64,000 bases of DNA from assembly GCA_045863235.1 (NCBI GenBank), contig BTUM01000001.1:320001-384000 (forward strand). Direction: 5' to 3'. Positions 37,982-46,590 of the stretch are shown one piece after another (position 1 is the first letter of the stretch; each line of letters opens with the position of its first letter). The stretch is from Candidatus Xenobia bacterium (GTDB lineage Bacteria > Vulcanimicrobiota > Xenobia > Xenobiales > QWHO01). The notes beneath the pieces were generated by a model, which was given only the letters and a program-made list of their open reading frames with translations, ran no database searches and was not told where the DNA came from. A program made the translations under genes and the position numbers.

Positions 37982-39501
37982 GCGACTGGCCTGTGCTCAG
38001 CCTCATGGTCTGGGCTCCCTTGCTGGGGGCCATCCTCATCCTGGGCAGCCCGGCCTGCTGGGTGAAGGGCATTCAACGCCTGGGGGTGGTCTTCGCGAGC
38101 CTGCCTCTGCTGCTGGCGCTGCCGATGTACGTGAACTTCTGGCAGGCTCCCGCCACAGGTTACCGCTGGGTGGAAGACGTTCTCTGGTTTGCCCCCTTGA
38201 ACATCCACTACAAGCTCGGGGTGGACGGACTGTCCATGCCCATGCTGCTTTTGAGCGGAATCGTTTGCTGCACGGCCGCCTTCATCTCGCTGCAGATCGA
38301 TTTCCGCCATCGAGAGTATTTCGCCCTCGCTCTCACGGCCATGACCGGCGTGCTTGGCGTTTTCGCCACCACCGATCTCTTCTTCTTGATCTTGTTCTAC
38401 GAGTTGGCCTCCATCCCGATGTTTTTCCTGGTGGGCATCTGGGGCTCGGACAAGTCGGGCGACGGCAAACCGATCCACCGCCGCCAGGCGGCCATGAAGC
38501 TGCTGGTCTATCTGCAACTGGGCGGCGGGTTGGTCCTGATCGGCATACTCGGGCTCTACTTCCTGAGTGCTCAGTACTCACCCAATCAGACGTTTTCATT
38601 CGATCTCGAGGTGCTTCGCCAGATCCCACTGCCGATCGAAGCCCAGAAGATACTCTTCTTGATCTTCTTCATCGGTTTTGGCATCGAGGCCGGGCTGGTT
38701 CCCTTCCACACCTGGTTGCCGGAAGGCCACTCCTCGGCCCCCACCGCTCTGTCCATGTTGCTGGCCGGGGTGCTGCTCAAGATGGGCGGCTATGGTATCG
38801 TGCGACTGGGCTTCGACCTGTGTCCTCAAGCGGTGGCCGACTGGATGCCCATCTTCGCCGCCGTTGCAGTGGTCAACGTGCTTTACGGAGGGCTTTGCGC
38901 TCTGCGCCAGTCCGACATCAAGGTCATGATCGCCTACAGCTCAGTGAGCCATATGGGCATGGTTTTTCTGGGCCTGGCGGCCATGACGGGTGAATCTCGC
39001 TCGGCCCTGTTCGGGCTCACGGGAGCCGTCTTCCAGATGTTCTCGCACGGCATCATCACGGCTCTTCTTTTCGCCCTGGCCGGCACGGTCTACCACATCA
39101 CCCACAGCCGCAACCTCAAGCAGTGGGGAGGGCTGGCCGCCCGCATGCCTTTCCTGGCGACCCTCTTTGCGGTGGGAGCCATGGGCTCGCTTGGTCTGCC
39201 CGGAATGACCGGCTTTGCAGCCGAGCTGATGGTCTTCCTGGGCTCCTGGCCGGCCCGGCCGGGTCTGACGGCCCTGGCGATCTGTGGGCTGGTGATCACC
39301 ACGACCTACATGCTCCGTTCGCTGGGATACGGTTTCTTCGGACCCCTGAACCCTCGCCTGATTGGAGTGCGCGACGCCCTCTGGTGGGAGCGCCTGCCCC
39401 TGATGCTGCTGGCTCTGACCACCCTCGCTTTCGGCTTCTATCCGGTGCTGCTCACGGCTGTGACCAGCCCCACTCTGCAGGATCTGGTGAACCGTGTCTA
39501 A
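37978..39501 (+). CDS. nuoM: NADH-quinone oxidoreductase subunit M
   Basis: LGVDGLS, PFHTWLP, LLKMGGYG, AYSSVSHMG, LGLPG..GF.AE. Confidence 0.93.
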   Translation: MSDWPVLSLMVWAPLLGAILILGSPACWVKGIQRLGVVFASLPLLLALPMYVNFWQAPATGYRWVEDVLWFAPLNIHYKLGVDGLSMPMLLLSGIVCCTAAFISLQIDFRHREYFALALTAMTGVLGVFATTDLFFLILFYELASIPMFFLVGIWGSDKSGDGKPIHRRQAAMKLLVYLQLGGGLVLIGILGLYFLSAQYSPNQTFSFDLEVLRQIPLPIEAQKILFLIFFIGFGIEAGLVPFHTWLPEGHSSAPTALSMLLAGVLLKMGGYGIVRLGFDLCPQAVADWMPIFAAVAVVNVLYGGLCALRQSDIKVMIAYSSVSHMGMVFLGLAAMTGESRSALFGLTGAVFQMFSHGIITALLFALAGTVYHITHSRNLKQWGGLAARMPFLATLFAVGAMGSLGLPGMTGFAAELMVFLGSWPARPGLTALAICGLVITTTYMLRSLGYGFFGPLNPRLIGVRDALWWERLPLMLLALTTLAFGFYPVLLTAVTSPTLQDLVNRV

Positions 39502-41029
39502 CGAGCTTTTCACCCAGGTTGCCCAGCTGGTCGCGCCACTCTCGCCCGAGTTCTGTCTATTGCTGGCAGCTCTTTCGGCCCTGGTCATCGACATGGTTGA
39601 CCAGCGTTCCGTGCGCCAGATTCGGATGGTGGTCTGGGTAGCCAGCCTGGCGGCAGTCTTCTGCAGCCTGGCCTTGATGGTCAGCCCTCTGCCGATCCAC
39701 CTGTTCGCTCGCCAACCGGCCACAGAGCTGGGAGTGGCTCCCTCGTCCTACGTGGTGGATAGCCTGGCACTCTCTCTCAAAGCCCTGATCGGGCTGCTCA
39801 CAGCCCTGGCCGTCTGGCTGTCGGAAGATTCCTTCGATGAGGAGCGCTCCAACACCGGCGAGTACTACAGCCTGATCGCCTTCGCCGGGCTGGGCATGAT
39901 GGTGGCCGTCTCGGCCAACGAGTTCCTGACCTTCTTCATCGCCTTCGAGCTCTTCTCGATTCCTCTCTACGCCCTGGCCGCCATTCGCCGTTATCGTTCC
40001 GAGTCAGCCGAGGCAGGCTTGAAGTACTTCCTGGCCGGTTCGGTCTCCTCAGCCCTGATGCTGTTTGGAATCAGCTGGGTGTACGGTAGTCTCGGGACCA
40101 CCTACTTCAGCGAGTTTCCCACGCGTTTTGCGGAAGTGGCCAGCATGCCCCACGCCCTGCTCGTCGGAGTGCTCATGATCCTGGCCGGGCTGGCCTTCAA
40201 GATGGCTGCGGCCCCTTTCCACATGTGGGCCCCTGACGTCTACGAAGGTGCTCCCCCCACAGTGGTGGCTTACCTCTCCTCGGCTCCCAAGGCGGTTATC
40301 ATCGGTTTCTGCCTGCGGCTCTTCTGGGCCGACCTTGACCTCGAGAGCGACCTCCTGCGAGTCAGCCTGGCCGATGGTTGGATGCTGGTGTTCGCGGTGC
40401 TCTCCTTGTTGTCGATGTGCCTGGGCAACCTGATGGCCCTGCCTCAGGTGAGCCTCAAGCGTATCCTGGCTTACTCCGGCATCGCCCAGATCGGGTACCT
40501 CCTCATCGGCGTGACTGCGGCGGGCGGTCTGACCGGCACCATGGCGGCAGGAGCCACCCTGTTTTATCTCTGGATCTACTGCCTGACCAATCTGACCAGT
40601 TGGGCTGCCCTGGTGGCCTGTTTGCCCGCCAACAGCACGTACCAGCGCAGTGAGCTGGCCGGGCTGGCTCAACGAAATCCCTTCATCGCCTTCGTACTGC
40701 TGATCAGCTTCATGTCCCTGGCCGGGGTCCCCCCGCTGGCGGGCTTCGTCGGGAAATTCTACCTCTTCCGAGCCATCTACTCAGCGGGCATGCCCTGGTT
40801 GGTCGTGGTCGGCGTGGTGAACTCGGTCATCAGCCTCTACTACTACTTTGGAGTGCTGCGCACCGCCTACTTTGACCCCCCGGCTCCGGATAGTCCGCCT
40901 ATCCGGGTCAAGCTGGGTGTGAAGGTAGTGCTGGTGATCGGCACAGCCGCCAGCTTGATACTCGGCCTCTGGCCCGGCTTCGCGCTTTGGAGCTTGGAGA
41001 CGGTCCAGACGCTTTTCGTGGGACAGTAA
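39494..41029 (+). CDS. nuoN: NADH-quinone oxidoreductase subunit N
   Basis: EAGLKYF, FKMAAAPFHMWAPDVYEGAP, KRILAYS, SLAGVPP. Confidence 0.94.
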   Translation: MSNELFTQVAQLVAPLSPEFCLLLAALSALVIDMVDQRSVRQIRMVVWVASLAAVFCSLALMVSPLPIHLFARQPATELGVAPSSYVVDSLALSLKALIGLLTALAVWLSEDSFDEERSNTGEYYSLIAFAGLGMMVAVSANEFLTFFIAFELFSIPLYALAAIRRYRSESAEAGLKYFLAGSVSSALMLFGISWVYGSLGTTYFSEFPTRFAEVASMPHALLVGVLMILAGLAFKMAAAPFHMWAPDVYEGAPPTVVAYLSSAPKAVIIGFCLRLFWADLDLESDLLRVSLADGWMLVFAVLSLLSMCLGNLMALPQVSLKRILAYSGIAQIGYLLIGVTAAGGLTGTMAAGATLFYLWIYCLTNLTSWAALVACLPANSTYQRSELAGLAQRNPFIAFVLLISFMSLAGVPPLAGFVGKFYLFRAIYSAGMPWLVVVGVVNSVISLYYYFGVLRTAYFDPPAPDSPPIRVKLGVKVVLVIGTAASLILGLWPGFALWSLETVQTLFVGQ

Positions 41030-41030
41030 C

Positions 41031-41381
41031 GTGGAACCGGAAGTCATGATCACCAGGAGTCTCTTCAGCCGGATGAAGGAGGAGGACTGCCTGCGTCCAG
41101 GCGACCGCGAAGCCGTCGCCTATCGCATTGCCGAGGTGATGGTCCTGGCCAAGCACCTCTACACGGAAGTGCTGCCTCGCCTGACGGGGGAATCGGAAGA
41201 GAGCCTTTTCGACGAGTTGGCCGGGCTCCGCATGGCGCTCTTGAATCTGCGGGATCTGGTCAGCGAGTATGATGAGGCCTTTCTGGAGGCCATGCACCAC
41301 CAGCGCGAGGACGATGCCCCACCCGACGAGGAAGACATACTCGGGGACGAGACGCGCGAGGAGCCCCTGAACGGAGCCTGA
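41031..41381 (+). CDS. Acidic helical hypothetical protein (116 aa)
   Basis: Starts 1 nt after the nuoN stop, with typical codon usage. Confidence 0.7.
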   Translation: MEPEVMITRSLFSRMKEEDCLRPGDREAVAYRIAEVMVLAKHLYTEVLPRLTGESEESLFDELAGLRMALLNLRDLVSEYDEAFLEAMHHQREDDAPPDEEDILGDETREEPLNGA

Positions 41382-41448
41382 GGCTCATTCGACCAGGTAG
41401 GCAGGAGGAGAACACCGCCGCGGGCCCCGAAGCCGCCCCGAGGGCTTG

Positions 41449-41976
41449 ATGAAACGGTTCACAACCACCGCCACCATGCTGCTGGTGACCGTCGTTCTGG
41501 GAGTAAGCGGTCTGGGATTTCTGGAGGTGGCCGACGATCCCGGCAGCGCCTTCACGTTCCTGCACATCCCCGTCATCCTGGCTGCCATTCTGGATGGGCC
41601 CCTGGCCGGGAGCCTGGTCGGCCTGGTTTTCGGGGCGGTCTGCTTGCTCCACTATGATCCAACCGATCCGGTGGTCCAGCTGTTGCCTCGCCTGCTGATC
41701 GGACCGGTGACCGCGGGCACTTTCGCGCTGGTCCGCGAGCTGCGAGCCCACTCCAGCGCTCGGAACAGTCTCGCAGCCCTCGTCGCCGTCATGGCCGGCT
41801 CCTGGACCAATACCCTCGGAGTCTGTCTGGTGGCCATCATGCGAGGTCACAACACCCTCGAAGAGTTGGCCCCGATGGCTCTCTTGCACGGCTCGGCCGA
41901 GTGGATCACGGCTGAAATGGTGGCCTTCCCCATTGTCGTCCTGATCTACAGTCAACGAAGAAGAAAGCGCAGGTAA
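41449..41976 (+). CDS. ECF transporter S-component, PanT-like (pantothenate)
   Basis: TFLHIPVILAAILDGPLAG..VGLVFG, LPRLLIG, GSWTNT. Adjacent to coaX. Confidence 0.8.
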   Translation: MKRFTTTATMLLVTVVLGVSGLGFLEVADDPGSAFTFLHIPVILAAILDGPLAGSLVGLVFGAVCLLHYDPTDPVVQLLPRLLIGPVTAGTFALVRELRAHSSARNSLAALVAVMAGSWTNTLGVCLVAIMRGHNTLEELAPMALLHGSAEWITAEMVAFPIVVLIYSQRRRKRR

Positions 41977-41982
41977 ACTCGA

Positions 41983-42759
41983 TTGAGCCTCCTGATGGTG
42001 CTGGACATCGGCAACACCAACCTGGTTCTGGGTCTCTACCGAGGCGAGAAACTTGCCCATAGCTACCGACTGCACACCAACCGCCAGCAGACGGCCGACG
42101 AATACGGACTGCTGCTGAAAAGCCTGCTGGCCCAGACCGGGGCCACCCCCGACCAGGTCGAAGGGGTGGGAGTCTCCAACGTGGTGCCCGAACTGGCCAC
42201 CCGCATCGAGGAAGCCTGCCAGCGCTACCTGGGCCACCATCCCAGGTTCGTCAGTGCACGATTGGAGCTGGGCCTGACCCTGCAAGTCGATCGGCCCACC
42301 GAGGTCGGCGCCGACTTGATCGCCGGCGCGGTGGCAGCGCGGGAGCGCTGGGGTCTGCCGGTCGTGGTGGTCGACCTGGGCACGGCCACCACCCTCTCAG
42401 TCATCTCCTCCGAGGGCGCCTTCCTGGGCACGATCATCGCTCCCGGGCTGGAAATCTCGGTCGATGCGATCAGTCGCCGGGCCCCCCATCTTCCGGGCAT
42501 CCGCATGGAGCCTCCTCCCCGTCCATTCGGGACCAACACCGTACACAGCCTCCAGGCCGGGTTGGTGCTGGGTCACGTCGCCATGATCGATGGCCTGGTG
42601 GACCGCATCCGTGAGCACCTGGAACTGCCTGACCTCAAAGTGGGGGCTACCGGCGGCCTGGCCCCCCTGGTCTCGGGCCTGTCACGAACCATCAGCATGG
42701 TGGAGAGCGATCTGGTACTTGAGGGGATCCGCCTTTTGTATCGACGCAACGTTAGCTGA
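41983..42759 (+). CDS. coaX: Type III pantothenate kinase
   Basis: LDIGNTN, VGAD, VDLGTATT, IAPG, ATGG. Confidence 0.95.
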   Translation: MSLLMVLDIGNTNLVLGLYRGEKLAHSYRLHTNRQQTADEYGLLLKSLLAQTGATPDQVEGVGVSNVVPELATRIEEACQRYLGHHPRFVSARLELGLTLQVDRPTEVGADLIAGAVAARERWGLPVVVVDLGTATTLSVISSEGAFLGTIIAPGLEISVDAISRRAPHLPGIRMEPPPRPFGTNTVHSLQAGLVLGHVAMIDGLVDRIREHLELPDLKVGATGGLAPLVSGLSRTISMVESDLVLEGIRLLYRRNVS

Positions 42760-42804
42760 CAAGCACAGGAGTCGCCCCACCATTCGACGAAGGCGGCGAA
42801 CCCC

Positions 42805-44085
42805 GTGACGCTAGAAGTGGCTCCGCATAGTCCCTGGCTGGACATCCACGAGATCTCGAGGCTGTACCGCGAGCATCTTAGCCCTGATCTGGCCCGCCTC
42901 ATCAAATTCAGCGGGCTCGGGACCATGGAGCAGAGCGCCTCGGGCTCGCTGGTGTGCGACCACGAGGGGCAAGAGTACCTCGACTTCGCCGGCGGATATG
43001 GCGTCTTCAACCTGGGGCACCGTCATCCCGAAGTGGTGGCGGCAGTTCAGGCTCAACTCGCGACCCAGCCCCTGTCGGCCCGGGTCTTCCTCAACCCGCT
43101 TCAGGCCCGCCTGGCAGGGGCTCTGGCCGAGGTCGCTCCCGGTCGCCTGCAGTACAGTTTCTTCGCCAACTCGGGCACAGAAGCCGTGGAGGGTGCTCTC
43201 AAGCTGGCCCGGCTGCACACCGGGCGACCCGGCTTCGTGGCCGCCGACCAGGCCTACCACGGCAAGAGCCTGGGCAGCCTGTCGGTTTCCGGACGCAAGA
43301 CCTATCGCGATCCTTTCGAGCCGCTCATCCCCGGAGTGAGCCACGTCCCATTCGGCGACCTGGCTGCCCTGGAGGAGGCCGTCACCGACCAGACCGCGGC
43401 CGTCATCCTCGAGCCCGTGCAGGGCGAGGGGGGAATCCATGTGGCACCCGAGGGCTATCTGGCCGGGGCCCGCGCTCTGTGTACCCGGAAGGGCTCCCTG
43501 CTCATCGCCGACGAGGTGCAGACAGGCCTGGGACGCACGGGACGAATGTTCGCCGTGGACCACTGGGGAGTGGAGCCCGACATCCTGGTCCTGGCCAAAG
43601 CCCTGGGCGGAGGGGTGATGCCCATTGGCGCTTTCATGGGAACACCCGAGGTCTGGCAGGCCTTCAAGGGCCGACCCCTCCTCCACACCAGCACCTTCGG
43701 CGGCAACCCCCTGGCCTGCGCCGCCGCCCTGGCCACCCTTAAGGTCCTGAGAAGGGACCGGCTGAGCGAGCGTGCCCGGGAACTGGGCGAACGCCTGCTG
43801 GCCGGACTCCAGAGCGTCTGGTCAGACTATCCCTGGTTGATCAGCCAGGTCCGGGGTCTGGGTTTGATGCTCGGCGTGGAGCTGCAAGAGGAAGCCTTCG
43901 GAGGCAGCTTCATTCTGGAGATGGCCAGGCAGCGAGTGATCGCCGTGCATACTCTGAACCAACCCCGGGTGATTCGCTTTGAGCCACCCCTCACGGTCAG
44001 CCCGGAGGAAGTCGACCGCTGCCTGGCTGCCTTCCGCGAGGCAGCTCGCCGCACGGCCGAGCGATTCGCTGCGAAGGAACGCTGA
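42805..44085 (+). CDS. Class III PLP aminotransferase (putrescine/acetylornithine aminotransferase-like)
   Basis: NSGTEAVE, YHGKS, EPVQGEGG, DEVQTGLGRTG, LAKALGGG, STFGGNP. Confidence 0.9.
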   Translation: MTLEVAPHSPWLDIHEISRLYREHLSPDLARLIKFSGLGTMEQSASGSLVCDHEGQEYLDFAGGYGVFNLGHRHPEVVAAVQAQLATQPLSARVFLNPLQARLAGALAEVAPGRLQYSFFANSGTEAVEGALKLARLHTGRPGFVAADQAYHGKSLGSLSVSGRKTYRDPFEPLIPGVSHVPFGDLAALEEAVTDQTAAVILEPVQGEGGIHVAPEGYLAGARALCTRKGSLLIADEVQTGLGRTGRMFAVDHWGVEPDILVLAKALGGGVMPIGAFMGTPEVWQAFKGRPLLHTSTFGGNPLACAAALATLKVLRRDRLSERARELGERLLAGLQSVWSDYPWLISQVRGLGLMLGVELQEEAFGGSFILEMARQRVIAVHTLNQPRVIRFEPPLTVSPEEVDRCLAAFREAARRTAERFAAKER

Positions 44086-44086
44086 C

Positions 44087-44530
44087 ATGCCCTACGTGGA
44101 GCGCAGCATCGTGATTTGCGGGGACATCGAGTCGGTCTACGCCCTGGCCAAGGACATGGAGCGCTATCCGGAATTCATGCCCGACGTGAAGAGCGTCAAG
44201 GTCATCTCCCGCGAGGGCAACACCACCCTGACCGAGTGGGTGACCAGCGTCGAGGGCACTCCCATCCTGTGGACCGAGAAGGATATCTTCGACGACCAGA
44301 ACCACCGCATCGACTACCGCCTGGTGGAGGGCGACCTGGACAAGTTCGAGGGCTCCTGGATCTTTCGCCCCACCAGGGTTGGGACCGAGGTGGTGCTGGG
44401 GGTCGACTACGACTTCGGAATTCCCGAGCTGACTGCCCTGATCGGTCCCACCTTGCAGGAGAAAGTGGGCGAGAACTCCGAGATGATGCTGCAGGGGATG
44501 AAGAAGCGCATCGAAGGGTCCGACCAGTGA
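44087..44530 (+). CDS. SRPBCC/START-like cyclase-dehydrase family lipid-binding protein
   Basis: DMERYPEFMPDV...WTEKD...EGDLDKFEGSW. Confidence 0.88.
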   Translation: MPYVERSIVICGDIESVYALAKDMERYPEFMPDVKSVKVISREGNTTLTEWVTSVEGTPILWTEKDIFDDQNHRIDYRLVEGDLDKFEGSWIFRPTRVGTEVVLGVDYDFGIPELTALIGPTLQEKVGENSEMMLQGMKKRIEGSDQ

Positions 44531-45630
44531 AACGATTCGCCTTCTTGATCCATCCCCTGGGCATCCAGGACGTGGTGCGCTACGCTCCTCGCGCGGCTGG
44601 CAAACGTGAAGCCCTGGTCGCCAAGATCCTGGAGTGGATGCCCCCGTACCAGGCCTCCACCATTACCGGCGTGCGCTCGGCGGCCACCGGCCAGGAAATC
44701 GTGGGAAACTTCGTGTGCATCCCCTTGCTCCCGGCCCAGTTCTTGCAGATGCAACGAAGCGAGGTGGAGCGACGTGTCCTGGAGGGAGCCAGGCTGGGCC
44801 AGGAGCTGGGCGCGTCGATGGTGGGGCTGGGAGGATACACTTCCGTGGTCGGTGGGGCGGGCCGGATGGTGGCCGACGACCTGCGCGCGGGCGTGACCAG
44901 TGGCAACTCCTACACCGTCAGCACAGCCATCGCAGGCACTCTGGAGGCCGCTCGCGCTCTCGATCTTGACGTTCGGGAAGCGAGCGTGGCCGTGGTGGGT
45001 GCCACCGGCTCGATTGGAAGCGTGTGCGCTCGGATTCTGGCCCACCAGGTCGGCCGTCTGGTTCTGGTGGCCCGTTCCAAGTCACGCCTGCAGCACCTGG
45101 CCGAAAGGATCCACCGCGAGAGTCGGGCGGCGGTGGGACTGGAAACCGACCTGGAACGGGGCTTGATGTCAGCCGACATCGTCATCAGCGCCACTTCCTC
45201 GGGAGGAGGCATCATTGCGCCCCACGCCCTCAAGCCGGGCGCCATCGTGTGCGACGTCGCCGTGCCTCACGACGTTTGTCGCGAGGTCGCGCGGGCCCGT
45301 CCCGACGTGCTTGTCATCGAGGGGGGCGTAGTCGAGGCTCCCGGCAACCCGGAGTTCAATTTCGACTTCGGCTACCCGCCCGGACTCTGCCTGGCCTGCA
45401 TGGCCGAAACCATGACCCTTACCCTCGAGGGACGGTCCGAGGACTACAGCATCGGACGAGGTCTGGCCTTCGAGCGAGTGGAGGAGATCGCCGCCCTGGC
45501 CCGCAAGCACGGATTCCGCCTGGCGGGGTTCCGAGCCTTTGACCAACCCGTGACCCGCGAGAAGCTCGACGAGGTTCGCTACGAACGGCAGAAGGCCTGG
45601 CGGCGTGGAATGGTCGTCCTGGGCGGGTGA
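44527..45630 (+). CDS. Long-chain acyl-ACP reductase-like NAD(P)H oxidoreductase (often annotated 'shikimate dehydrogenase')
   Basis: FAFLIHP, LGGYTSVV, TSGNSYT, VAVVGATGSIG, ACMAETM..LEG..YSIGR parallel cyanobacterial AAR motifs. Confidence 0.75.
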   Translation: MKRFAFLIHPLGIQDVVRYAPRAAGKREALVAKILEWMPPYQASTITGVRSAATGQEIVGNFVCIPLLPAQFLQMQRSEVERRVLEGARLGQELGASMVGLGGYTSVVGGAGRMVADDLRAGVTSGNSYTVSTAIAGTLEAARALDLDVREASVAVVGATGSIGSVCARILAHQVGRLVLVARSKSRLQHLAERIHRESRAAVGLETDLERGLMSADIVISATSSGGGIIAPHALKPGAIVCDVAVPHDVCREVARARPDVLVIEGGVVEAPGNPEFNFDFGYPPGLCLACMAETMTLTLEGRSEDYSIGRGLAFERVEEIAALARKHGFRLAGFRAFDQPVTREKLDEVRYERQKAWRRGMVVLGG

Positions 45631-46535
45631 GCCTGCGGCGAATCGTCAGCGTCAGCCTGGGTAGCTCGGAGCGCGACCACGAGGCAGAAACCGAGTTTCT
45701 GGGACAGCGCTTCTGGCTGCGCCGAGTGGGCACCGACGGCGACCTGGATCGGGCCCGCTCCCTGCTCGAGGAGCTGGATGGCACCGTGGACGCCATCGGC
45801 CTCGGGGGCATCGACGTCTACCTGCGCACTCGCCAGGAAACCTACACCTTGCGAGACGGATTGCGGCTCATGCAAGTGGTCAAGAAGACTCCGGTGGTGG
45901 ACGGGAGCGGGCTGAAGGACACGCTGGAGCGCTCAGCGGTGGAGTGGCTCGTGAGCGATGGTCGAGTCCCCCTGGCGGGGCGCAAGACTCTCATGGTGTG
46001 CGCGCTGGATCGCTTCGGGATGGCCGAGGCGCTCCACCAGGCCGGAGCCCGGGTGGTATTCGGGGACATGATCTTTACGCTGGGGGTGGACAAGCCGATC
46101 ACCAACCTGGAAGAGCTGGAGAGCTATGCCCGCAAGCTTTTGCCCGAGATCTGCAAGCTCCCCATCAGCCTGGTCTATCCAATCGGAAAAAAGCAGTCCG
46201 AGATCAGGCCGGATAGTCTGACTGGTCCCTACTACCAGGAAGCCGAAGTGCTGGCCGGCGACTTCCACTTTATCCGCCGTCGCATGCCTGAGCGGCTCGA
46301 GGGTAAGACGGTGCTGACCAACACCGTCACGGCCCGGGACGTGCAAGAGCTTCATCATCGAGGTGTGCACTGGCTGGTGACCACGACCCCGGAGCTGAGC
46401 GGGCGCTCGTTCGGCACCAACGTGTTGGAGGCAGCCCTGGTGGCCCTGGGAGGAGACTATGCCGATCTGATCGCCAGGCTGGGGCTCAAACCCAGGGTGG
46501 TCGATCTGAGGGAGGTCCCATCTTCGGCGCCTTGA
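45627..46535 (+). CDS. Conserved protein of the 'quinate 5-dehydrogenase'-annotated family, function unknown
   Basis: VSVSLGSSERDH, GTDGD, VVDGSGLK.TLE, DRFGMAEAL, GRSFGTNVLEA. Confidence 0.7.
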   Translation: MSLRRIVSVSLGSSERDHEAETEFLGQRFWLRRVGTDGDLDRARSLLEELDGTVDAIGLGGIDVYLRTRQETYTLRDGLRLMQVVKKTPVVDGSGLKDTLERSAVEWLVSDGRVPLAGRKTLMVCALDRFGMAEALHQAGARVVFGDMIFTLGVDKPITNLEELESYARKLLPEICKLPISLVYPIGKKQSEIRPDSLTGPYYQEAEVLAGDFHFIRRRMPERLEGKTVLTNTVTARDVQELHHRGVHWLVTTTPELSGRSFGTNVLEAALVALGGDYADLIARLGLKPRVVDLREVPSSAP

Positions 46536-46590
46536 GCAAGGTGCGACGAACCTGACAGGAAACCCCGCCATGGCTTGGAATTGCAGGCGG

